Source: the human T2T-CHM13v2.0 reference genome, Homo sapiens. From it: a stretch of DNA of 64,000 nt. Shown here piece by piece: positions 15,422 through 34,374 of the stretch. The notes beneath the pieces were generated by a model. That model did not search any database, was not told where the DNA came from, and saw nothing but the letters and a program-made list of their open reading frames with translations. The DNA lies in assembly GCF_009914755.1 (NCBI RefSeq), contig NC_060936.1. One strand, given 5' to 3'. How positions within the stretch are numbered: the stretch's first letter is position 1; every line of letters begins with the position of its first letter. The position numbers were made by a program, and so were the translations under genes.

Positions 15422-16401
15422 TATTGGATCATCCTCGAAAAGGTCTTGAGACAATGGTACTGTTCTTCCTATCTTATGTCTTTGAGATCTAAGGCTCTGA
15501 AGGAAGAGAAGTGTTACCTAAAGTCACCCAAGTCACACTGGGTCCCATAAGCTAGTAACTAGTTTGATCTTCATACCAAGATCAGTACAATCTCCAGCCT
15601 CTAGGGGTGTCCACAGGCTTTAGAGCCCAGCCACATGTCCACAGAGCACCAGATAGTACCTTTGGTGTGAATCTTCTCTGACATTTACCATCCTCAACAA
15701 ATGGAGCTTCTGAGCTCCAGAGTAAAGGGAACAACCTTAGAATTCTACAGTAGTGCTCTCCCGAAAACACTGCTTAGAAGTCTAGTCTTTTTAAATAAGC
15801 TCACTATTTAAAGGTCCTCTCTGTGTTAAAGCCTTTTGCAGGTTCTAAGAACTTTTCATAGAAGAACCATATTTGTCCATGCTTCCATGCCCAATTTACT
15901 TAATGGGAAGACCTATGCATTTGGCAGATCCATTTGATTGCATTTGATTGCATTTGATCCATTTCTTGCATTGTTTATATACCCATAAGCTAGAAATTTT
16001 TTCTTCCCACTTAGATGCCCCGTGGGACATCTCTCTGCCATATCTTGCATCACACTTGGATGGTGTAATGGAAATAACATTAGACTGGGAGTCAGGAGAC
16101 TTGTGTTCCAGCAGAAGGGAAAAAGAAGTCTCAGAGTGGAATATTGCAACATCCCATATTCTCCCGAGAAGGGCTGCTGGATTCCCTTGCTGATGAGGAA
16201 TTACCATGGGGTCACCTTGCTACATGGTTCATCACTGTCATCCCTCCCTTCAGAAAAATTAAATCATTCAAAGGTCACATAAGAGGTCAATGGCAGAATA
16301 AAGGCAGTAGGGGACAAAAAAACATAAGTGAAATTCCCAAATTTTTAGTCCTCTAGTTCAAATTACTAGACAATAACCCCTTTATTAGAAATGTCTTCTT
16401 A

Positions 16402-16706
<305 letters not shown>

Positions 16707-16724
16707 GAAATGTTTTATTAGACA

Positions 16725-16869
16725 GGTGGGTGTAGTGACTCATGCCTGTAAATCCCAGGACTTTGGGAGGCAAAGGTGGGAGGATTGTTTTAGCCCAGGA
16801 ATTCAAGACCAGCCTGGGCAACAGAATGAGACTCCATTTCTATAATAAATATTAAATTTTTTAAAAAAT
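16725..16869 (+). mobile_element. FLAM/Alu left monomer
   Basis: Monomer; TSD GAAATGTTTTATTA. Confidence 0.9.
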
Positions 16870-16973
16870 GAAATGTTTTATTATAACAAATATGACTTTT
16901 TAAAAAATCAATTGCTCAGAAGGAAGCATGGGATGAAAACCAACCAACCAAACAAACAAACAAAAAACAATTA

Positions 16974-17610
<637 letters not shown>

Positions 17611-17841
17611 ACACATAGAAAAACCAATTGGAATATCTTTTGTCTTTCTCATTTGTCCTTATGCCTCTCAAACAAAGAGCTCTCACAACACATTATCTCC
17701 AATTCTTCCATTGCTTTCTTTTAGAACTCTTCTCTTTTTGTCTCCAGCCTTTCAAGATTCCATCTTCACAGGCCAATTTCAGACTTTTCAAAGCATTTTT
17801 TCCCATACTGGCTTCTGGGAAAAGGTAGAAATTCCTATATA

Positions 17842-18068
17842 CCAAAAGTCAGCAAACTACTGCCCAGAGGCCAAATCTGGCCCTCAGCCTATATTTGTAA
17901 ATAAAGTTTTATTGGAACACAGCCACTACCATTAATGTATATATATCATCTGTGGCTGCTTTTGTGCTCCAACTGCAGAGCTAAGTAGTTGCCACAGAGA
18001 CTGCATGACCCAAAAAGCTTAAAATATTTACTATATGTCTCTTTAAAGAAAAGTTTGCTGACATCTGT
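17842..18068. mobile_element. MER58A
   Basis: GTCAGCAAACT...AATAAAGTTTTATTGGAACACAGCC...AGTTTGCTGAC. Confidence 0.9.
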
Positions 18069-18270
18069 GCTATGTGCAAAAAAAAAAAAAAAAAAAAAAA
18101 TCAATCTCATGAGAAGTTGCTTTTAAAGTGAATTTTTATAAATAGTATTGCATCTCTACTCCAAATGCAGGACTGTGGCTGCCCTGTCCCATGTCCTAAT
18201 CAGCACAAGACAAGGCACCCAACTGGACTCAACAATTATTTGCTGAGCCAAATGAATGAATTACTAATGA

Positions 18271-18603
<333 letters not shown>

Positions 18604-18794
18604 GAGACCATATATAGACTAAAAATGTCTTTTCAAAAAAAGTGACCAAGTCTCCAAAGAATCAGTGAGGCTCAGTTTTCTCATCTATAGGTGAAAAACC
18701 AACATTTTCCACCCTTTGTACTTTGCAGCGTAGGCTGTGGCCCGTGAACCTGAAAGTGTCATACACCCTAGCAGGTGCCAAGCACGTAAGCTCT

Positions 18795-19010
18795 CTGCAT
18801 GAAGACCTGGGTCCAAATCCGACTCACCACCCACTACCTGTGAGATTTGGGTCAAGTCCCACATCTCTCTGAACCTTGTATCCTCATCTATAAATTGAGA
18901 ATTCTAACACCCACTCCAAATGAACTGTTGTGAGACTCAGGTGGGATAAAACAAGATCAAGAGAGCACCTAGGAGTACCCAGAACTACCAAAAACAAGTA
19001 GGTGCTTGCT
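18795..19010 (+). mobile_element. MIR
   Basis: GACCTGGGTCCAAATCC...CTCATCTATAAA. Confidence 0.65.
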
Positions 19011-19150
19011 TTTCACAATATCTGGGAGAGAGGTAAAATCAAGGCCAAGAATACGGTAAGGAGAGTGAGGCATTCACTTTGGGTGCAAAATTTAAGGAGG
19101 CTCCAAAAACTCAGTAACCAAGATAAATATATTTTAACGCAGCATTTTAA

Positions 19151-19494
<344 letters not shown>

Positions 19495-19667
19495 AAAATT
19501 CTTAAATAAAGACAGGATCTAATAGTGCCAGCATTAGGATGAGGAGAGTGAGATGAATTGTACAAGTGCCAGGTCACAGGCTGTGTCTTTGTAAAATGTC
19601 GATATTTTGTTTATCATGAACTTTTGTATTAATTTTTATCTTTAAATAGTGCATTAAAATATTATAT

Positions 19668-20530
<863 letters not shown>

Positions 20531-21041
20531 TAAAATATATATTACCGACATTTTGATGCCTCCACACAAACATTGTGCCCAAGGGGAGTGCCTCACTGGC
20601 CTTACCCTACTCCAGGCTCTGGGTAGAAGCTTACCAAATATCTCACTTGCATAAGTAAGTTCCCCTAGCCCAGTGGTTCTCTAACTTGGCTGCACATGGA
20701 ATTCAACCAGGGGAATTAAAAATATAATAATAATAAAACCAATTCTCAGAATGGAGAGATGTGGGGGCAGTGTTGGAATCTGGCATTTTTTTAAAGACCT
20801 CTAGACTTCATACCCATTAGGATTTCATACCTCCTAGGATGGCTATAATCAAAAACACAGACTGTAACAAGTATCTGTGAGGATGTGGTGAATGCAGAAC
20901 CCTCCTGCATCACTGGGGGAATATAATATTGTGGAGCTGCTGTGGAAACGTTTAGCAGTTCCCCAAATGTTAAACATAGAGTTATCATATGACCTAGAAA
21001 TCCCGCTCATAGGTATATACCCAAGAAAACCAAAAATATCA

Positions 21042-21346
<305 letters not shown>

Positions 21347-21707
21347 CTTGTACGTGAATGTTCATAGTAGCACTATTTATAACAGCCAAAAAGTAGAAGC
21401 AACCCAAATGTCCATCAACAAATGAATGGATAAATAAAATGTGGCAGAGCCACACAATGAAATATTATTCAGCCATGAAAAAGGAATGAAGTACTGATAC
21501 ATGCTACAACATAGATGAGCCTCAAAAACACTATGCTGAGTGAAAGAAGCCAGACACAAAAGGCCACATATAGTATGATTCCACTGAAATAAAATGTCTA
21601 GAAAAGATAAATACACGGAGACAAGAAGTAGATTAGTGGTTGCCAGGGGCTGGTGGGAGGTGGACTAGGGAATGACTGCTAATGTGAGGTTCCTCTCAGG
21701 ATGATGA

Positions 21708-22043
<336 letters not shown>

Positions 22044-22199
22044 TGCACAACCTTATAAATATATTCAAAAACCACTGAACACTTTAAGAGGATAAATGTT
22101 ATGGTGTATGAGTTATATGTCATTTTTTAAAAATTCTCCCCAGGTGATTCTAATATGGAGTCAAGGAATGCAGTCTCCATCTTTATAAAATGGGTAGGC

Positions 22200-23600
22200 A
22201 GTCGTCACCCTCCTGTTAGGTGAGGGCTTCTCTGAGGTTAAGGATCCAGTGTTCACACTGGAAAAGCCTGACAAGACAGGTGCTGTGCCAAGCAGGGCAG
22301 TGATACTTCATCTGCCTAACCAGGAGGTGTTAGAGTGAAGAGGTTTCTTCCTCTCTGCCCTGTTCCTCTTCGCCCAAGTCTACCGGGACTGATGTTCAGC
22401 TTGAGGGAGTAGCGGAGCAGCCACGTGTTCGTCATCAGGAATTATTGTTTCATTAACATCCAGCTCCCAAGCTGTGACAGATGCCAGTTTCAGGCCATAT
22501 TATGCACATCAGAAATGATCTGGAGGGGGCAAACATGCCAGGGCAGGGGTGCCAAGGAAATACTTGCCAACTAAGAATACCTTTGGCAGTCAGCACACCA
22601 TGCTGAAAGGTGAGAAGGTTGCTTTCCCTGACCCAGCAAGTCTGAGATCTCGGCTTCTTTTAAGAAAAAAAGAAAGCGCTCCAGCCTACCCAGCACTCTC
22701 CATTATCAGTAGGCATGAAAGGTTGACTAGGAAACCACATCAGCTTTGCAGCATCCAAAAATATAATCAAAGCTTACTGGTGTCTCCTGTGATTCCCAGG
22801 AGAGGGGCCGCACTCTGTCTTCACGCTGTCCCCATTAGCTGGCTGAACAGACACGTCTTTGAGGTAACAATGGCCTTCTGGAGCGGGGAAGGAAAATTCT
22901 CCCCCTGTGGAAATCCCCTTTGGTACAAAAATAAGCACGAGGTTGGTAATTTTCCTATTTTTTTAAATGTGAGCTAGGTGACTTGGGTGCTAGCTCTTTG
23001 CAAGGCTAAGAAACCTGCTGATCCGAGAACCTGAATGCAGCAGAAACCACCAAGCAGATGCCATACAAATATAATGGGCTTAATTCCCCAAATTGTTGGG
23101 AATATTGTTTTATTTTCCTATGAAAACACCCCCACAGAAGTTTTAGTTGGCTTGAGAATATAGCCACCCACGCGAAATGGTTGGCAGTCTATTGTACACA
23201 CCGTCTGTGTGTGTGTCTGTGTGCACTCATACACGTACACACACACAGTCATATGGTATACTCTATCAGCAACCTAACACCACTCCCAGGTGACTTCCTG
23301 GCCAATTTCAACAGTAAGAAACACACTAAACAGCTTCCTGTGAACGCGTCCAGCCTCCTGCCCATCAACTACCTGCCAACCAGTTACCCATCTTGAGGGT
23401 TAGGCAACTCAAAGGCACTTCAAAAGAGTAACGGGATCATGAACACTTACAGCGAATGGTCAAACTTCCCCTTAAAATAACTGTCTTGGTACAGAGTTAA
23501 ATGCAATCACATTTCAAAAGCCCTCTGGTTTGAGAAGAGATCAGTGAAGCATTTTGTCTTCCACTTTCTTTAGGAAAACAGGAGGTTTTTATGTGGCTGT
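22200..23600. promoter_or_regulatory. Unique motif-dense block, candidate enhancer
   Basis: No recognised repeat; RUNX, TCF/LEF, SOX and NF-kB motifs within 190 bp. Confidence 0.35.
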
Positions 23601-23618
23601 TTGTCTCCTTTTTTTTAA

Positions 23619-23903
<285 letters not shown>

Positions 23904-24171
23904 TTTTTTAACTTTAAAAAAAAATTTTGTGGGTACATAGATGTATACACTTATGGGGTACAGTGTCCATCAACAGCTGAATGAATAAAGAAAATATGGT
24001 ATGGATACACAACAGAGTACTATTCAGCCAAAAAAAAAAGAATGAGATCCAGTCATTTGCAACAACATGGAGGGAACTGGAGATTATGTTAAGTGGAATA
24101 AGCCAGGCATAGAAAGACAAACATCACATGTTCTCAGTTATTTGTGAGATCTAAAAATCAAAATAATTGAA
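23904..24171. mobile_element. L1MA 3' end with an internal inversion
   Basis: Antisense L1MA terminus 23904-23962 joined to a sense L1 segment 23963-24171. Confidence 0.75.
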
Positions 24172-24495
24172 TTCTTTGTTTTCCTTTGGATGGGGTAAGG
24201 TCTAGCTAACATAAATTCCTACTTGGAGGCAGGGAGCAGGGCCCGACAACCTTAGAAGTTTCTTCTTTCTCTTTAGACTGTTTATTTAAAGTCCCTCCCT
24301 CCATAGAATCTTGGCGCAGATGATCTCATTACATCTTCGGTAGGTACATCGTGGATATATCACTGATACTTAATATGTGAAAAATACCTAAAAATCTCTG
24401 CTTATCCCAAAGTCAAGCTTCCAGCAACTCCCGCCCCACTTTGGGATACAACCGTGAAATAAACTGTAGATAAAGGCCTATGACAAGTTAAACAC

Positions 24496-24805
<310 letters not shown>

Positions 24806-24882
24806 GCATTTTTAAAAAGAAGAAGTTAAATAGTTTTGCCAAAGCCCGTGCACCAACAATGAAGTGTTTTCTTCAAGGAGGC

Positions 24883-25480
24883 TGTGGTAGGCAGAAGCCT
24901 AAGATGGCCCCATGATATCTAATGCTGCCCCTGGTATTGTCCTTGTATGACCCCAACTCTTGAGTGTGACAGAACAAGTGATTTGCTTCTAGTTAATAGA
25001 ATATGGCAAAGGAGATGGGATATCACTCCCATAATTACAACTCATTATCTAAAACTCTGTTTTAACACATTGGAGAGAAAGATTTTCTTGCTGGCCTTGA
25101 AGAAGCAAACAGCCACGTTGTGAACATGAAAAGAGCCACAGCCACACAGCAACGAGCAACTTGAGAAGACTTCTAGGACATGAAGTGTATCTCCACCGAA
25201 CAGTGGTAAGAAGCTGGGGCCTTCAGTCAGAAAGCTGCAAGGACATGAAATCTGCCAACAACTCGAATGACCTTAGAAGCAGATCTCCCCCAGTCCAGCC
25301 TTCAGATGAGAATGCAGCCCAGCCAACACTTTGACTGTATCCTTGTGAGACACTAAGCAAAGGACCCAACTCTGCCATGCCTGGATGTCTGATCCACGGA
25401 AACTGTGAGATAATAAATGTGTGTTGTTTTAAGCCACCATGTTTGTGATGATTTGTATGCAGCAATAGAAAACTAATACA
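24883..25480 (+). mobile_element. MLT1E-type solo LTR
   Basis: TGTGGTAGGCAG...CTAATACA; 5-bp TSD GAGGC. Confidence 0.9.
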
Positions 25481-26410
25481 GAGGCCCTTGACTACTTATC
25501 CAGAGACTCATTGACTGTTACTCAATACCCAACAAAGAGGCTATTGACTGTTACTCAATACATAAATTCAGGTGTATATTTTTCTAGAACTCAGCTAATA
25601 AGAATCATAATACTAGCAAGACATATCCATCAGGAACAGACCCTATAAGAAAGAAACCTTGATAGCAGCTAAAGGAAAGGTGCTGTGGTCAGTCTTTAGC
25701 ACACAGTGGGTCCTCAAAGAACATTAGATAGATGCCTCAAGGGAAAGGAGAATAAAACAGGAAAACAGACACAAAATTAACAATAGTGTTGACTACCATG
25801 TATTGAAAATGTACTGTGTGCCAGGCACAGTGCTAGAGACTTTATATATATATATGTTGCATCATACAGTAGGCATAACAAGTTAATTACTATTAATTGG
25901 GTTTCCAAGATATTAGAGACAGGTAAACCCAACTTACAACTTGTAACCCACTGCTTTTTACTGTCTTTCTTAAGAACATCTGCATCATGACCCAATCCCA
26001 TATTTAAGAATGCACCCAACATGACAATGTGTTGAGTCACACACTCACTATAGCGGCTAGTGCCTCTATATTATTAACTGCAAAAAGCAAGCATGACGTG
26101 TAAGGTGGATGCATTCTGGATTGCATGGATATTTGATTGGATACTGTCAATTCACATGCCTCCAAACCAAGCAGTCGTTTTGGCAAAGACACCTTTTCTC
26201 TTCAAATTCCTTAGAACAGCATGGCACGCCATCAAACCATTAAGACCAAAACACGGTTTCATCTTTCCCAGCAGAGAACCTGGTGGCATAATAATTTCGG
26301 CATCAAGGACTCTTCCAAAAAAAGTCAGCTTGACATTGGGGAAGAGATTAGCATTGTGACAAACGCTCATGAATGAAACAGTGCACAGTGCGTCATGGAA
26401 GGAGAGGAAC

Positions 26411-26960
<550 letters not shown>

Positions 26961-27366
26961 AAACGTGGAGTGTGGTTGGTTGGCTGTTTTAAGACCTTAC
27001 ATTACCATGCAATAAGAACCGTCATTTCCAGTCAGCCCATTATTCCTAGACCTGCGAGGCCATCACATATGCCGCTGGGTGGGTTTACGAGGGTTCAGCG
27101 TGGCGTACAAACAGGTTAGACAAAACAGGGCTTTATATATAGTCATTTGTTTAACTGTAGAGCTTTATTACCTTTTCCACTCAGTTCAAAATATGGGAGG
27201 ATATTTTAATAGGTATACAGATGGGCAAATATTTTTTCTTTGGCCTCGTGATCCAATATGACTTCTTGGCTCTAGGAGAAACTGTCAAAACTACCTTTCT
27301 CTCAGCCAGCATGTAGTCACCAGTCAAGGACTTCCATCTTCATAAATCCTGAATGGCCAATTTCTA

Positions 27367-27808
<442 letters not shown>

Positions 27809-27877
27809 TTACCAGGTAAGTAAAAGGGAACCACCTTCAGTACAGATGTCATTAGACTCATATTTTAAGATGTCTCT

Positions 27878-28033
27878 GAGGGTTCAGGGATAGGGGAGGG
27901 ATAGCATTAGGAGAAACACCTAATGTAGGTGATGGGTTGATGGGTGCAGCAAACCACCATGGCACGCGTATACCTATGTAACAAACCGTCACGTTCTGCA
28001 CATGTATCCCAGAACTTAAAGTATAAAAAAAAA
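27878..28033 (+). mobile_element. L1PA 3' end fragment
   Basis: GGGAGGGATAGCATTAGGAGA...CCCAGAACTTAAAGTATAAAA. Confidence 0.9.
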
Positions 28034-28124
28034 GGTATCTGCTAAGCCAGCTCCAGTAAAAACATTTCTTTCTCCAAAAGTGCAAACATTTTATTTATGA
28101 ATTCACCGGAAACATATACTGAAC

Positions 28125-28360
28125 AATGCAGAGAGGATGACAGCACAGTCTCTGGAGTCAGATCACCTGGATGTGAATCCTGACTTTACTGTCTATGAAC
28201 TGTGTGACCTTGGGCAAGTTCCTTAACCTCTCTGAGTCTCTGAAACATAGAGGATAACTGTTGTCTTTACTTCATAGGGCTTAATGAATTGATACATTTT
28301 AAGCACTTAGAATAGAGCTTTGAACACAGCAAGGCCCCCACAAAGGTGAGTTGCGTTAAT
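28125..28360 (+). mobile_element. MIR
   Basis: TGTGTGACCTTGGGCAAGTTCCTTAACCTCTCTG. Confidence 0.8.
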
Positions 28361-28644
28361 GTAGGCGAGAGTTTGATTTCCATACTGAAGGCATAGTTAT
28401 AAAGTTATTTCCATTTGATTTTCTTTCAGTTACATTTTGTCGTCAGGTTTGATAGAATTATGGTAAGAAAAACTATAATTCATAAACAAAGTACATGTGA
28501 AAATAAGAGTTTCTCTCATACTTTATGACCATCTGGAGTCATAAATCAGGGCTGGCCCACAGCTGGCTGTGGGTTACACAGCAAAGGAATAGAACAGTGT
28601 GGATTTGCATATAACAGTATAGTGACAAATAGGGTATGGCCATT

Positions 28645-28834
28645 GAGTCACCCGAGTTAGCAAATAAAAATAGAGGATGTCCACTTAAATTTGATTTTTG
28701 AATAAACAAATACTTTTTTAGTGTAAAGTATATCCCAAATACTACATGGGATATACTTATGTTTTATTTAAGTGTTCATTGTTTATCTGAAATTCAAATT
28801 TTACTGGGCTTCCTATATTTTATCTGGCAGTCCT
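28645..28834. mobile_element. MER53 palindromic MITE
   Basis: TTAGCAAATAAAAAT...TTTATCTGAAATTCAAATTT...TATCTGGCA; central hairpin. Confidence 0.8.
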
Positions 28835-29007
28835 GCCTGGGGGCAAACAGCTCAAATATCCCAGTCAAACCTCTACCATATCACTGTGGGAGAATGCTTG
28901 CAATCTGTATCACTGATGGTGACCAGAACAATGTTTTACATCATCTTATCTATTTAAAGAAGCAGCATATTTTCTGAAATATGTACATTTAAAAAATAAG
29001 CCTTTGA

Positions 29008-29304
29008 GGCCGGGCACTGTGGCTCATGACTGTAATCCCAGAACTTTGGGAGACTGAAGCACAAAGAGTGCTTGAGACCAGGAGTTTGAGGCCAGCCTGG
29101 GAAACACAGGGAAACTCCATTTCTACAAAAAAATTAGTTGGGCGTGATGGAGCATGCCTGTAGTCCCAGCTACCTGGGAGGCTGGGGTGGGAAGACTGCT
29201 TAAGGCCAGGAGTTCAAGGCTGCAGTGAGCTATGATCATGCCACTGTACTCCAGCCTGGGTGACAGAGCAAGACTACATCTCAAAAATCAATCAATCAAT
29301 CAAT
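29008..29304 (+). mobile_element. AluJ
   Basis: Dimer with (AATC)n tail. Confidence 0.95.
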
Positions 29305-29849
29305 CTTTGAATGGCTTGGTCAAAAAAGATTCCGTGATATCTTGTCTCTAAAAAAAAAATGAAGAAATCAAAAGTTTAAAAAATGATTCACACAGTAGTC
29401 CCTGAAAGAGAAAACATCGCCTGTCAGGTAGACGAACAAGAAATATGTCTGCAGCCCTGATGCTATACAAAGAAGCAAGAGCTGTGATCATCGGGCCTCT
29501 TAATCAGACCCTCAGGGGTTCATATCCGGGACACCAGCCTCACAGGAATCTCCTCCATGCCTGGAGGTGCTTCTGATATATTCAGTATCTAAACTCGTTG
29601 AATGAGTTTGAAATTCTAAGAATGGTGTCACTGGAAGTGTCTGGTATAGAGTTCCGCCAGTTCTCAGCCAACCAGGTGGAGATTGGCATTACAGGAGAAC
29701 TCAAAAGTGCAGCTTGGGCCATTTGTATTAACATTTTCCACATCAACACTTGGTTTAAATGCAGACGGTCGTTAAGAAACTAGAAAATGGATTTCGGTGG
29801 CCTTATTACCCCTGTTCCACACTAAATAAAAATCACAGTCCCTTCCGAA

Positions 29850-30077
29850 TATTGGACACCCACTATGTGCCAGTATCCTACTAAGTGTTTTATATACTTT
29901 TCCTTGCTCAATTCTCCCCATCACCCTGGGAGAGAAAAAATATTATTATTCCCATTTTATGGGTGAGAACATAGTGGCTTTAAGTATGCTGAGTCACTTA
30001 GCCATGACCACAGAGCTGATAAGTGGCAGATTCCAAACTCAAACCCTGCTGTATTTAGCCCCCAAGAAGATGATCTT
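29850..30077 (-). mobile_element. MIR
   Basis: CACTATGTGCCAG...CCCATTTTATGGGTGAG. Confidence 0.7.
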
Positions 30078-30778
<701 letters not shown>

Positions 30779-31249
30779 ACCTCTAGAACCAGCAAAGACA
30801 ATGAAAGGAGGCAGGTGTTCAGAGGAAGAAACAAGAAAAGCTAATGAAGTGTGCAGGTTACATTCCACAGCTATGGTATACAAGCTACGAAAAAAGATGC
30901 AGAACTAAGAACGGCTGTGATTGTATCTGCTTCCCTGAAGGACAGTGTGGTGCAGCAGGAGAAAACACTTTGCCTGAGAAGCAAGTGACGAGGGTTCAGA
31001 TCACTGCTCTGCCTTATGCCTGGGGACAAGACACTGGTCCGTGATACAAGGAAAATAATAAAATAACCACAAAAGAGAAATTGTATACCCTTGTCTTTCT
31101 GAAAAGATTTGAACTAAATTATACCAAGTTCCCTTTTTTCTGCTTTGATTCCATGATCTGGAAAAAAAAAAAAAAGTAGGACGATAGTACATAATAATTA
31201 ACAAAAAAAAATGATTATAGTAGTGATCATACTAGTTAATATTCATTCA

Positions 31250-31903
<654 letters not shown>

Positions 31904-31984
31904 CTGCTTGCCTTCACACAGTTTCTACTCTAGGGAGGTACAATCTTTTGATGTGCTCATGATTCTCTCATTGATTCCTTATAG

Positions 31985-32392
31985 CAGCAGTTCTCAGTGT
32001 TCAGTGAGCATCAAATCCCCTGGAAGGCTTGTTAAAATACACATCACTGGCCGGGCATGGTGGCTCATGCCTGTAATCCTAGCACTTCGGGAGGTGAAGG
32101 TGAGAGGATCACTTGAGGCCAGGGCAACATACTGAGGCCCCCGTCTCTACAAAAAAATAAAATTATCCAGGTGTGGTGGCACACGCCTGTAGTCCTAAGT
32201 GGCTGAGGCAGGAGGATCGCTTGAACCCAGGGAGGTGGAGGCTGCAATGAGCCATGATCGCACCACTGCACTCCAGCCTGGGTGACAGAGCGAGACCCTG
32301 TCCAAAAAGATCCAAAACTCTGTATCTCTAACAAGTGCTTGTGTGATGCTTCTGCTGCTGCTGGTCAGGAACCCCACTTTGGGAACCACTGC
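31985..32392. mobile_element. MER5A interrupted by AluJ (32049-32308, +)
   Basis: CAGCAGTTCTCA...GAAGGCTTGTTAAAA / CCACTTTGGGAACCACTG; Alu with a left-arm deletion inside. Confidence 0.8.
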
Positions 32393-32404
32393 CCTTCAAC
32401 AATT

Positions 32405-32550
32405 CTATTATCCCCCCTTTGGATAGATGGGGAAGCTGAAGCTCACGGAGATTAAATTACTTGCTTACATGAGCACCGTAAGTAAGTGACAGCACCAAGA
32501 TTCACACCTGGTTCTTTCTGACCCAATGTCTAGATGAGCCATTACACCAA
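32405..32550 (-). mobile_element. MIR
   Basis: GATGGGGAAGCTGAAGCTCACGGAG. Confidence 0.6.
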
Positions 32551-32559
32551 ACTGCCTTC

Positions 32560-34150
32560 GTTCTGGATGGGGGCGTCCTGACATGCTGACGCCACAGAGA
32601 CGAAACAGGTGCACTCTCTTTGAGCCAGGATTTATAAAGCTCAAGGAAATGAGTCCTCCATCCTGTGAATCCAGGTGTGCTGGGTCTGCGTGCTCAAGAC
32701 GACGCTCAGCAGGTATCTCAGGTGAGATCTGGTTTCTAGGTGAAGGCACAACAGCTGCACCCCTCTCCCAACACCATCCGCTAACTAATCTACGGGGCTG
32801 GATTGACGTCAGCCACAGTGGAAACTGCTCTCCTGCCCTGACCTGTTTAGAGATTAAGAGAGCACAGAACACAGAGAGAGAGAATATCAGAAAATGTGAA
32901 TGGAAAAATCTGTAAGGAAACCAACCACCTGTAAGAGTACAAGGCTAAAGTGAGTTAACCTTACACTATTTAGTCATGAAATGCAAATGAAGAGAAATTA
33001 ATGTGCTGGCTTTCCAGAAGTATCTGAAGGGGGCAATTGTAACCACGTCAATTTTTTTAGGTTTTTTTTTTCTTTTTTCTTCCTATAAAGCTATATAATA
33101 TGAGCTTCATAATCATCTTTTCACTGCCCCTCTTTGAGAGCTGCCAATTTACTGAAAAGGTATTCAAAATAATCACACTGCTTGTCTTATAGAGAGAAAA
33201 AAATCAACTAGAAGTCTCTACTGAGGGCTGGAAGATATTGGAAGATTCAGGTTGGGTAAAACTAAAGGGATAATTAGTTTCCAAGAAGGAAGAATGTAAA
33301 TAAGAAAAGGAAACATTTGAGGTGGTTATTTGCAAGAAGGTGATTGACAGCGATCAATATACAATATAGCATCAATATCTTTAATTCATATTTCGTGTTG
33401 AAATGAAAATGATTTATATATGGAAAAGCTAAACAGAGAACATATTTAAATGAACTTATCACATATCTCATATATCCATTTACATATATTTCTGAAAAAC
33501 TCAGGAAAAATAATTTAAAAACTCATTAACTTTGGCTTTGTTTGCGCCTTTTTTTTTTTTAAGGCTAATTATTTACCGAGTTTGGCTTTCTTCTGGATTA
33601 CATTGTAGAACCCACTGGGATATGTACTGAGAAGGCTGCTTTGTGAGAAATCTAAACAAATGCATAAACGCACCCCCACCTTCACCTTTAAGGAACCTCA
33701 TCAAAATAAAATATTCCTAAACAACCAGCCACAGGAATAGCACAATTCATGAAAGCTGCCCTTTCTACTATCCGGAGAATGTCCACAGCTTAGATCGTTA
33801 CATATCTCTGTGACACAAATATGCAAAGTTAATCTTTGGGATCTGAACAGAGAATCCACAGTGATTCTAAGGCCAAAGGTAGTTCAATGTGCTGTCACTC
33901 TTACAAGAATGAGAGTGCATTGCATGTGAAATCATACAACTGCAAGAAACACGCCAACATTCTAACACAATACAAAGAAAAGTATTCAGTTGATGCAAAC
34001 AAAGGCAAAACGCATCAAAGACATCCAAGGCAAAAACTGCAATTACTTTTGTACCAACCTAATACTTCAAATATGTCACACTCAAGTTTCCACCGTGAGT
34101 CGCAGGATGTTCTCTTGAGTTATTAAGGCAATGAGGTAGTTGGGCAGTGA
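32560..34150. promoter_or_regulatory. Unique block, candidate conserved developmental enhancer
   Basis: CRE TGACGTCA 32804-32811, octamer 32981-32988, TGATTGACAG 33341-33350, TGATTTAT 33410-33417. Confidence 0.45.
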
Positions 34151-34374
34151 AATGTCCTACTCAATTGCAGTATTTAATTTATTCTGTATCACTACATTGA
34201 GTATTGAAACCGAAAGTGAGCCTTTGAAGACCTCTAGTCCAACCCAATTTTGCAGGTGAATAAATTAAGACATAGAGAGGTGGCTTCAATAGGCACAGCT
34301 AAGAAGCAAGTTAGTTCCACCACCAAGACTCAAACTTAGTTTTTATTCCCAAGACCAATATGCGTGTCCTTATA

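Noticed and set aside
18078-18100. Orphan A23 tract as a possible retrogene tail
   Set aside because: Upstream sequence is MER58A; no TSD or mRNA-like body
22549-22977. 142-aa ORF in unique DNA
   Set aside because: Non-ATG start, no recognisable homology or exon boundaries
27813-27821. Perfect + strand donor CAG|GTAAGT
   Set aside because: Sits at an Alu TSD after a poly(A) tail with no plausible upstream acceptor
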